A DNA stretch of 64,000 nucleotides from a virus. The notes under the pieces are model-generated. The model saw nothing but the letters and a program-made list of their open reading frames with translations. It was not told where the DNA came from and searched no databases. The DNA lies in IMG/VR virus record IMGVR_UViG_3300037069_002825, positions 15,794-79,793 of that record; one strand, written 5' to 3'. Position numbers and translations under genes: made by a program. This document shows, one piece after another, positions 28,771 through 36,423 of this stretch (the first letter of the stretch is position 1; each line of letters begins with the position of its first letter).

Positions 28771-29991
28771 CTAAGCGGCCTCGCCGGTGAGGGCCGTCTC
28801 GGCCCATTCCAGCGCGGTTGCGATCTGCGCAGCGACCCCTTCGAGCATCGTCACGTCCTGGCCCTGTTTCTTGCCGTCAGCGATGGCGGTGGCGCTGTTT
28901 TTACGCAGCTTGCGGAGGTTGCGCATCAGCTTCCAGCCGCTGTCCATCAGCTCGTCCTTCTCCTCCTCGGTGCCGGCGCCTTCGAGGTTCGACTTCAGCT
29001 CTTCCATTTCGAGGTTGATCGGCTCGAATGCCTCACGCAGTTCCGTCGCCTTGCGAGTAAACCTGCTAGCGAACTCCAAGATCACGTTGCGCGCCGAGTC
29101 GATGTCATCGGGTCGATCCCAGGCCATGTGCTGGCAGGGCAGCAGATCGTCAGACGCCACGGTGGTGCGTTCGTTTGACCATGCGCGCGCCTTGATGACC
29201 TTCCACATCTGCCCGATGCGTCGCTGGCTGGGAGGATGGGAGGCCTCAAGCCATTTCGCCTGAGCATTGACCATCGTGTCGCGGATCGCGTCCGGGACCT
29301 TGACAGTGCGCACCTCCTCGCGGATGGCGTAAATCTCTTCGAGCGACAGCGGTTCGAGGCCGGTCGTGTCGATCCCTTCGCTCTGGAAGTCCAGCTGGAT
29401 GTCCGTGACCGCGCGCCGGTCTTCCGGCGAGCGCACTTCCTTCACGATCTTGGTGATCCCGATACGGTTACGGAACGCAGCGAGGTCCTCGCGGTCGGGC
29501 AACTCGTTGGAGGACATCAGGATCGCCAGGAGCTGTTTGCAGTCCTGCACCACACCACCAGTCTTTAGGATGCGGTTGGCGAGCAGATCGAGCAGCGGGT
29601 TGAGCATCGGCGGTGAGGCCTTGAACACCTCGTCGAGGTAGGCGTAGTTTGCCTCGGGGAGGTAGCCAGCCGTGAGACGAGCGATCTTGCCTTCCTTCAT
29701 CGCCATGATGTCCCGTGGTCCCAGCACCTCGTCTGCCGATTGGTCCTTGGCGAGCAGGTGCGAGAACAGTGCGCTTTCGGTGAGACACTCGTTCACCAGA
29801 AGCTCGATCATCCACGTCTTGCCAACGCCGGGATCGCCGAGCAGGAGCATGTCCACGCCCGAGATCGTTGCAAGGCCGAGTAGTTCGATCTCCTCACGTC
29901 TGTCGATGTTGTGCCGGTCGAGGAACCCGTCGGCGCCAAAAATTGTCTGGTAGCGCTGAACGAGCGTCTGCTGTGCGGTTGCGGTTGCCAT
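28771..29991 (-). CDS. MoxR/RavA-family AAA+ ATPase
   Basis: GDPGVGKT, YLDEVFKA, LN.LL..L..R, SSNELP, AF..R. Confidence 0.9.
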   Translation of the reverse strand: MATATAQQTLVQRYQTIFGADGFLDRHNIDRREEIELLGLATISGVDMLLLGDPGVGKTWMIELLVNECLTESALFSHLLAKDQSADEVLGPRDIMAMKEGKIARLTAGYLPEANYAYLDEVFKASPPMLNPLLDLLANRILKTGGVVQDCKQLLAILMSSNELPDREDLAAFRNRIGITKIVKEVRSPEDRRAVTDIQLDFQSEGIDTTGLEPLSLEEIYAIREEVRTVKVPDAIRDTMVNAQAKWLEASHPPSQRRIGQMWKVIKARAWSNERTTVASDDLLPCQHMAWDRPDDIDSARNVILEFASRFTRKATELREAFEPINLEMEELKSNLEGAGTEEEKDELMDSGWKLMRNLRKLRKNSATAIADGKKQGQDVTMLEGVAAQIATALEWAETALTGEAA

Positions 29992-29993
29992 GT

Positions 29994-30184
29994 TTACCCC
30001 TGCTCCTGTTCGTATTTCACTTGCCGTTCCGCGATGCCGATTAGGTCATCCAGCATCTCCGCCATGCGCTGTACCGAGGCGCGGGCTTGGCGGAGGACTG
30101 CGCCGGTTCGCTGTGAAAGGTGTAGCGATCCTTCACGTCGATTGCAGGCTTGCCGTCGCGAAGCACGATCGATTGATCTGTCAT
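29994..30184 (-). pseudogene. Small gene with a probable frameshift near 30105
   Basis: Coupled ATG frame ends early; the alternative frame has phage-like codons and stops 2 nt before the AAA start. Confidence 0.35.
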
Positions 30185-30402
30185 GACCTTTGTACCTCCT
30201 CGTTGTCGGTCTCGATCTCTTGCCAGTGGTGGCCCGGGTTGCGCGGGTGATCGTTGCGGCCCACCCTGGCCTCCTCCACCGTGTACCACGACAGCGAGTC
30301 ACTTCGATACTCCTCCCTGATGACACCCATGATGCGCGCCATCGCAGCGGGTGAAAGCTCGCCGAGATAGATCCGGTTGAATGTGCGCTGCCCAATGCCC
30401 AT
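30181..30402 (-). CDS. Hypothetical early protein
   Basis: Coupled stop; plausible composition. Confidence 0.45.
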   Translation of the reverse strand: MGIGQRTFNRIYLGELSPAAMARIMGVIREEYRSDSLSWYTVEEARVGRNDHPRNPGHHWQEIETDNEEVQRS

Positions 30403-30454
30403 CGTTACTCGCTTTCGTTGTGCGGCTCGTGAAGTTCCTGCGCCTCGGAGTGAT

Positions 30455-30814
30455 TTATGCGCACGATTGCACCGTCTCGCGGCCGCTAACCAAATACTTG
30501 CCGCCGGTCTTGACGTGGAAGTCGTCAAAGCCGTTGTATGGCCCAATGATCGCCTCTCGGTCGATCAGGTAAAGCTGAGCGATCCATTCGCCCCACTCAT
30601 CCCACGTGGCGCCATAGCCGTGGCCGGCACCTACGGTGCCGCTGTTGCGCCGCCGCCGCCCGGGAATGGGTGCCGCGTCGAGCTGAACCTCATAGGCACG
30701 ATCGCGCTTCCTCGATCCGTGGAGGGTCGATTCGACCGTGATGTCTTTCAACCCTGCGCGTTCGAGCGCAGCTGGGAAGTCGTGATAGTGCAGCTTGGCG
30801 GTGTGGACTCTCAT
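30455..30814 (-). CDS. Hypothetical early protein
   Basis: AAGGGAG RBS; RRRNSG...ATWDEWG.W...LY..D..A..G.Y. Confidence 0.6.
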   Translation of the reverse strand: MRVHTAKLHYHDFPAALERAGLKDITVESTLHGSRKRDRAYEVQLDAAPIPGRRRRNSGTVGAGHGYGATWDEWGEWIAQLYLIDREAIIGPYNGFDDFHVKTGGKYLVSGRETVQSCA

Positions 30815-30849
30815 GGCAACTCCCTTGTAAAGTTCGCGGGTTCGTGTAA

Positions 30850-31248
30850 CTACCAATCCATACAGCGGTGTATGTCGTCGCCCTCGCGGGCTTTGCTTAT
30901 CCCCTTGATGTCGAGTACCTTCGCCGCTTGGTCTGGCGAGAGGCGATAGAAGCCGCCCGTGCAGTTACGCTCCCAGGAGAAGAAGCACTGTGGCTTGAAT
31001 CCAAGCGCCGAGACCATGCTGCGTCTGGCCCTGTGGCTGGTCGCCTTGATAAGTACCGTGGCCGGTTCGTCGGGCGTCTCGTCGACGATCCCCCACCGAC
31101 CCACCGTGTTGCCGTTGGCGTCGGGCACGCCACCCTCCCAGTAGCCTTCGCGGAGCGCCTCAGCGACGCCGTAGACAGCCTGAGCTACATCCTCCAGGTC
31201 GCTCATGGCATCGTTGCCGAGCTTGATCTGGACGGTGAGGACTGACAT
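30850..31248 (-). CDS. Hypothetical early protein
   Basis: GGAGG RBS; I.LGNDAM...D.NGN.VG.W. Confidence 0.6.
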   Translation of the reverse strand: MSVLTVQIKLGNDAMSDLEDVAQAVYGVAEALREGYWEGGVPDANGNTVGRWGIVDETPDEPATVLIKATSHRARRSMVSALGFKPQCFFSWERNCTGGFYRLSPDQAAKVLDIKGISKAREGDDIHRCMDW

Positions 31249-31436
31249 GGAGGGCCTCCGTAGATTCATAGGTGTTTGTGGCGATGTCCGGCGCGTTTGT
31301 GGACGGCTTCGGCCAATATACACGAACGTTCAAGGCTGGGAAAGTCGGAATGCGGGGAGCGGTGATGTACCACGGTCAACGGGGCTTGTTCGCGGCTCCG
31401 TTCGTATAGCGACTCACCCCGAGCGGCAGCGCGGGA

Positions 31437-31458
31437 GCGAGCACCCGAAGGTGCTCGC
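31437..31458 (-). terminator. 9-bp hairpin with C(UUCG)G tetraloop
   Basis: Minus strand GCGAGCACC-TTCG-GGTGCTCGC just after the stop at 31473; no U-tract. Confidence 0.55.
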
Positions 31459-31472
31459 AGTGCGCGAGATGT

Positions 31473-31757
31473 TCAGGATCGAGCCGCGCGAAGCTGCTCG
31501 ATCTCAGCGTCTGTGATGACCTGACCGAGGATGGCGGCGCCGACGTAGCCAAGAGGCGTGCCGGTCATCGTGGAACCATCCACGTGAATGAGGTGCGGCG
31601 CGCCAGTCTTGACGTGCACGCCGCGCGTGACGAAACAACCTTCGCCAGTGACCGCGCGAGGCGCGCCGTCGTCAATGCGAAAGGCAGGCGGGCGCCGCGC
31701 GACCGTAAGAAGCTCGGCCACGTGCGATGCGTCGGACTGCTTAGCAGCTGCGGGCAT
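31473..31757 (-). CDS. First gene of leftward operon, hypothetical
   Basis: GGGAG RBS before ATG 31757. Confidence 0.55.
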   Translation of the reverse strand: MPAAAKQSDASHVAELLTVARRPPAFRIDDGAPRAVTGEGCFVTRGVHVKTGAPHLIHVDGSTMTGTPLGYVGAAILGQVITDAEIEQLRAARS

Positions 31758-31792
31758 TGTGAATTGCTCCCGTGTTGGTTGGATGCTTACAC

Positions 31793-31969
31793 AGGGGACA
31801 GTCCGATGACCCAGCCAAACCTTACAGGCTGACACTCGATCCGTTGTAAGGTTCCGAGCGGTCAGCGGACTGTCCCTTATGAATCACGATCCTCCTACCC
31901 CAATCGGCCGGAGACTACGACGCCACCCACACTCAATCTCATCGGGGTGGACGCAAAGTCTCCGGCCGA
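31793..31969. repeat. Two long imperfect inverted repeats
   Basis: GGGACAGTCCG 31795-31805 / 31866-31876 with inner arms; TCGGCCGGAGACT 31904-31916 / 31957-31969. Confidence 0.85.
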
Positions 31970-32000
31970 GCGGATGGAAAGTCCAACGAGCGTCCATGAT

Positions 32001-32029
32001 TTGACAGACGGTCGAATGGTCTGTAGCTT
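32001..32029 (+). promoter_or_regulatory. Sigma-A-type promoter
   Basis: TTGACA-17 nt-TAGCTT upstream of gene 32078; ACAGAC/GTCTGT dyad overlaps it. Confidence 0.75.
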
Positions 32030-32077
32030 TCTATCCGACACTCGTCTTACGGAAAGCCAACCGAGAGGAATCGTGAA

Positions 32078-32992
32078 ATGTCCATCCTGACTCCAAAGCA
32101 GTGGCGCGAACAGCGTCAACTCCTCACCCCGACAGAGCTACTCAGCCGCTGTAAGTCGGCGGCCCGCCTAGAGATGCGCGGCCAGATGTTCTCGACAGAC
32201 GACCGACTGGAATGTGCCGCGTCGATCATGGCCGATGGTGTCGCCGAGCTGAAAGGCTCGATGCCACGAGAGGGCGATCAGCGTCACTCGCTCAACGCCT
32301 ACTGTGGCCGCGCCAAAAACTACAGGCGATCCATCCAGCGCCAGCGAGACCGCGACGCGGCAGACGCCGAGCGCTGCGCCGATGAGCAGGCCTGGACACT
32401 CGATGCACTGATGCCCGACTACGGCGTGGACGTCGAGCCTCCCAGCATGGAAACCGCCGCGAGAGCCGCCGAGCACGCCATGCAACGGCTCGACCTGGAC
32501 GGCGAGAACGTCTTCACGCTCTTCTACGGCTACTGCCGAGACCTGCCTGGGCCAGTCGTCGCAGACGAGCTGACGATCAGCGCCAACGCCTATGACGTGC
32601 GCTGTCTGCGCGCCAAGGCGGTTGTGCGGGACGCATACCCGACGGCAGTCGAGTTCCTTGCCGCACTGGTAGGCGAGCCGATCCGCGTCGATGATCCGCT
32701 CACCGGCGAGACAATGCTCCGGTTCTGCCTGGAGGATGCCAGCAGCGAGGCGCACAACCGCACTCACTGCCTGCACCAGCCGTGGCGCGAGGGAACAGAT
32801 GCCGGCAGCTGGCCAACACGGCCAGAGACCGCCGATGCTGCCCGCGCCGTCTGTGAGGTGCGCCAGCGCCGCGCCGCGCCAAAGCTCGCCGTCGAGAACA
32901 TCCGCAAGGCAACGCGCGGAACCTCGATCGAGCAGGTGCAGGCAGACAGCTTGCTGCGACTCAGCCGCGCGCTGGTCGCAGGGCGCCGATAG
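32078..32992 (+). CDS. Divergent ECF-sigma-like protein with C-terminal extension
   Basis: Region-4-like MQRL....ENVFTLFY....LP...VADEL.IS.NAYDVR..RAK..VR; weak region-2-like AKNYRR. Confidence 0.5.
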   Translation: MSILTPKQWREQRQLLTPTELLSRCKSAARLEMRGQMFSTDDRLECAASIMADGVAELKGSMPREGDQRHSLNAYCGRAKNYRRSIQRQRDRDAADAERCADEQAWTLDALMPDYGVDVEPPSMETAARAAEHAMQRLDLDGENVFTLFYGYCRDLPGPVVADELTISANAYDVRCLRAKAVVRDAYPTAVEFLAALVGEPIRVDDPLTGETMLRFCLEDASSEAHNRTHCLHQPWREGTDAGSWPTRPETADAARAVCEVRQRRAAPKLAVENIRKATRGTSIEQVQADSLLRLSRALVAGRR

Positions 32993-33003
32993 GAACTTAC
33001 TCA

Positions 33004-33079
33004 GTCCGCCAGCGGAAAGTACCGAGAGCCAACATGGAAGTTGGCTATCCGCTGGCGGACATCGCTGGCGGACATCGCT
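33004..33079 (+). repeat. Hairpin whose 3' arm is tandemly duplicated
   Basis: GTCCGCCAGCGGA / TCCGCTGGCGGAC; CGCTGGCGGACAT x2 plus CGCT. Confidence 0.8.
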
Positions 33080-33334
33080 CATACATACGTCCAAACCACT
33101 ACAGGACCGTGGGAAAGTCGCCGATACTAGAACCATGATGACATTGACACTCATAGCGGCGCTGCTCACAGCCACCTGGCTGGTGCTCAGCGCCCCACAC
33201 ATGCAGACACCAGACCAGCAGGTGTGCTGGTCAACCACCACAGCAGCACGCATCGACAGCAGCACCACCATCGTCTCACGGCTCCGCTGGGCAGCACACC
33301 ACCTCAGCCACCCAGGTACAGCGGAGTGCTGGTC

Positions 33335-33511
33335 GTGAGCACCGACCTCGACGCACGCACAGCCTGGGTAAGGCAGCAGTCGCTCTCATGCGGCGGCACG
33401 TACCAGCGCTGGCAGGCAGAACAGCAGACAGCAGAGCGTCGGCGCACACGGCGCGACCGTCGCACCAACCTAGTCCGCCGACTACTCGGCCGAAGGAGCA
33501 CAGACAGATGA
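33335..33511 (+). CDS. Small basic protein
   Basis: GGAG RBS; ATGA coupling downstream. Confidence 0.4.
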   Translation: MSTDLDARTAWVRQQSLSCGGTYQRWQAEQQTAERRRTRRDRRTNLVRRLLGRRSTDR

Positions 33512-33843
33512 CCACCACCACGGAGCGCCAGTCAATCGACCGTGCGAAGGTCGCCGGAGCGAAGATCGTCAACGGCACCACGGCCATCATGGCCACCATC
33601 GCATTCCTCACCGTCGCCGCCATCGCCGTCGCAGTCCTAGTCCATGCAGCTACTGACGGGGCAGCAGGGATTTTCGCCGTGATCGGAGTGATACTCCTCT
33701 CCAAACACACCACTAAGCCCAAGGAGAGCAAGACAACCCAAAACACACGGGTAGCGACCCTGGCTCAGTGCATCGAAATCCAGCAGCAGCAGGACAGAGA
33801 ATGGCGCGAGAAGCTCAACCACACCGCGCACAGCAGGAGCTAG
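33508..33843 (+). CDS. Two-TM membrane protein
   Basis: AAGGAG RBS; two hydrophobic helices. Confidence 0.6.
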   Translation: MTTTTERQSIDRAKVAGAKIVNGTTAIMATIAFLTVAAIAVAVLVHAATDGAAGIFAVIGVILLSKHTTKPKESKTTQNTRVATLAQCIEIQQQQDREWREKLNHTAHSRS

Positions 33844-33852
33844 AGACCGCAG

Positions 33853-34044
33853 ATGAACACTCCAGCACAGCCCCCATACGAATACAGCGCCGGTGACAAG
33901 ATCGAAGACGACGACGGTACGTGGGGCGTCGTCATGTATGCAGACCCCGAGAGGGGTGGCGTCGTCCGCTGGGACGATGGAGAAGAAACGGACTACACGT
34001 GGCATCAACTCGGGATGCTTCCACCGCAGCGGTGCATGCCCTGA
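33853..34044 (+). CDS. Small SH3-like beta protein
   Basis: Y..GDKI....G.WGVV.......VRWDDG. Confidence 0.5.
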   Translation: MNTPAQPPYEYSAGDKIEDDDGTWGVVMYADPERGGVVRWDDGEETDYTWHQLGMLPPQRCMP

Positions 34045-34610
34045 CACACGGAGGTTTGGGGGACGCGCACACCACATGGCATGTACTTTCACACGGAACC
34101 GTCGCACAATCACACGGTCACGTAGGTCCGTCCAAAATTGGACGGTGGCGCCACGTGCCTCCCCCCCTTCCGCCAAGATTTGGGCCGGTTTCGACGAACG
34201 AGCAACACCACACTCCCTCAAGCAGTGAACCCCAAAATCCACTTTCGGCCACGGTAGAAACCTGGCTTTCGCACAATCTCCCCTCGTTGCCTTGGCCCGG
34301 GGCTTTGCAGGGCTTTTTCCTCCGCCAGACGGATGGCGCCCGCACAAAGTCTGCCTTTCCCCCAGACGCGTGTCGAGGGGTGAGCCTGGGTGCAAACCAC
34401 CCTGCCCGAGCATGCCGTGGTGCTGTCGTGGTGGCCTGTGTGCGGGAGATCCCGGGAAAGGGCCGCAAAATGGACAGTCGGCGAGCTTTCCAGGAAAGTT
34501 CCGAGGATATGTGTGCATATCCAGGTGGAGGTGTGATATGTTCGTTTAGCCCGGAACACCTGCTCATCAGCCCCGCGCTGAGAGCCAGGAAACCGGGTGT
34601 CATATGTCTC

Positions 34611-34790
34611 GCCTTTCCAGGAGAAGCCCCCGGCGGCCCGGCATGGACTGCCGGGGGTGTGTCCTGGAGGTTGCGGTATCGCCAGTTCGCCCGACGGAGA
34701 GCCTCGGAAGGTTGGGGGATTCGACCTCCGAGGCTCTCCCCGGGAAAGGCAGGCGGCAAAAAATAATCGGTTGCGCTCACGCGCAGTTGA
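34611..34790 (+). ncRNA. Candidate structured RNA element
   Basis: Nested stems with G-U pairs that work only on the + strand, in a non-coding tract. Confidence 0.35.
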
Positions 34791-35171
34791 ATCTCCCAGC
34801 CCTCGGTGTAGGATGGATCAAGGAGGATCGTGTGCGATACCAGGCGAGACAGCTCAAGGACGACGAGGCGAAGACTCACCCATGCCTGGTCAACTACGTC
34901 GACGTCGCAAGCAATGGCGTTCGCCGAGAAGACCCTGCAACTTGCCCGCGAGAACGAAGCCCGCGCCGGACGCCCGTGGCTGCTCTTCACCTGGTGGAAG
35001 GTCACTCGTCGGATCGACCGCCGGAGCGCGTGCGATGAAACGCTACCAATCGTTCAAAATCCTCCGTGCGAGGCGCCGCTATCTCGCGCAGGTGAACGCG
35101 GGACAGCCGGCGAGAGTCGAACCGCACCGTTGCCACCCGCGCCGTGACAGGCGCCGACCGGGCAAGCCGAG

Positions 35172-35660
35172 ATGACAACCACCATCGTTCTTCAGCTGGA
35201 TACCGCCGAGAGTCGCCAGCTCGCTGAGTTCAAGGCCCGAGTCAAGGACAGGCGCGCCCTCGAACTGAGCGACCAGGAGGTCGCCAAGGCGGCGCTCCTC
35301 GCGGCGCTCGCCGAAGCGCGCGTCGCCCCCGCAAACGAACGGGGCTTCTACCACCTGCTTCTGTCCTTCGCAGAACTCATGAGGGGGCGTGTGACCACGA
35401 CAGCGGCAGCCGCCCCCGCGACTGCCGCGACGACGCCTGCCCCCGATCAAGAGACCGTGAAGATCTATACGTGGGTCCGGGTCGTGGGTCTTGAGCCCAT
35501 CGAGGTCAAGGAGGACGCCGAGGTCGTGCTGGAACAACACCGCAGGGCGCTGAATCACGACAGTCGTTGGGTTGAGCTTCACCCGGCGGCGGGTGGCTTC
35601 CTCCTCGTGGTCGCCGAGGACATCCGGGGGATCGTCCAGCGAAACGCCGAGCGACTTTGA
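35172..35660 (+). CDS. Hypothetical protein
   Basis: Phage-like codon usage; coupled stop. Confidence 0.55.
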   Translation: MTTTIVLQLDTAESRQLAEFKARVKDRRALELSDQEVAKAALLAALAEARVAPANERGFYHLLLSFAELMRGRVTTTAAAAPATAATTPAPDQETVKIYTWVRVVGLEPIEVKEDAEVVLEQHRRALNHDSRWVELHPAAGGFLLVVAEDIRGIVQRNAERL

Positions 35661-35914
35661 TGGAGGGCGACGTGTGGAACAGGATTGCAATGATCGAAGC
35701 CGCTCGCGTCGATTGCCGATCCCGGGGCTGCACGTGCGGCGACCGCGCGTTGATCGTGACACTCGGGGACAGCGTCATCACCGACGCCGACGTGGCGCTC
35801 GGGATCTATCACCTAGCCTGCTGTCCGCTTTGGGTGCCCCGCGATCTGCGAAACCTGCCGCCGGACACCCAGTGTGACTCCATCGTCAATGTTGAGCTAC
35901 CGGACATCGGCTAG
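35657..35914 (+). CDS. Small Cys-rich protein
   Basis: C...GC.C...H...CP; coupled. Confidence 0.45.
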   Translation: MMEGDVWNRIAMIEAARVDCRSRGCTCGDRALIVTLGDSVITDADVALGIYHLACCPLWVPRDLRNLPPDTQCDSIVNVELPDIG

Positions 35915-35918
35915 GAAC

Positions 35919-36395
35919 ATGAAAGCGATCTCGCTGTGGCAACCGTGGGCCTCCCTCATCATGCTCGACGCGAAGCGCATCGAGACGCGCTCGTGGAAGC
36001 CGCCGGAGTCAGTCATCGGGCAGCGAGTGTTCATCCACGCCGCCAAACGGCTGGACCCGTGCGTGCTGGAGGAACCCTTCTCGACGGTGATCGGTGATCC
36101 CGCCAACGCACCGATAGGTGTGCTGCTCGGCAGTGTGAAGCTAGAGGGCGCGTGGCGCATCGACCATGAGTGCGAGGCCGGGATGCTCGCGCGGGAGTAC
36201 CATCGCACGGATGATGGCCGGCGTGACCCGGCTGCTGCCGAGCGAGAGCTGGCATTCGGTGACTTCACTGTGGGAAGGTGGGCATGGGGGCTAGCCGATG
36301 TGCGCCCGTTGCAAAGGCCGCTCCCGTGGAACGGCGGCCAACGATTCTGGAATCTCGGCGAGACCCTCGAAGGGCTGCTAGCCCACCACGCGTGA
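35919..36395 (+). CDS. ASCH domain protein
   Basis: MKAISLWQPWASLI...KRIETRSW, IHAAK, GRWAW, G.QRFW. Confidence 0.88.
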   Translation: MKAISLWQPWASLIMLDAKRIETRSWKPPESVIGQRVFIHAAKRLDPCVLEEPFSTVIGDPANAPIGVLLGSVKLEGAWRIDHECEAGMLAREYHRTDDGRRDPAAAERELAFGDFTVGRWAWGLADVRPLQRPLPWNGGQRFWNLGETLEGLLAHHA

Positions 36396-36423
36396 TGATT
36401 ATCGATCGAAGTCGAGCGGGCAC

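Noticed and set aside
31793-31969. Protelomerase telRL site
   Set aside because: The palindromes are interrupted rather than perfect, and the recombinase looks Xer-like and is 11 kb away
33637-35175. Overlapping 190-295 aa ORFs in the 34 kb tract
   Set aside because: Mutually overlapping, with Pro/Arg/Cys-rich random-looking composition and no phage-like codon bias
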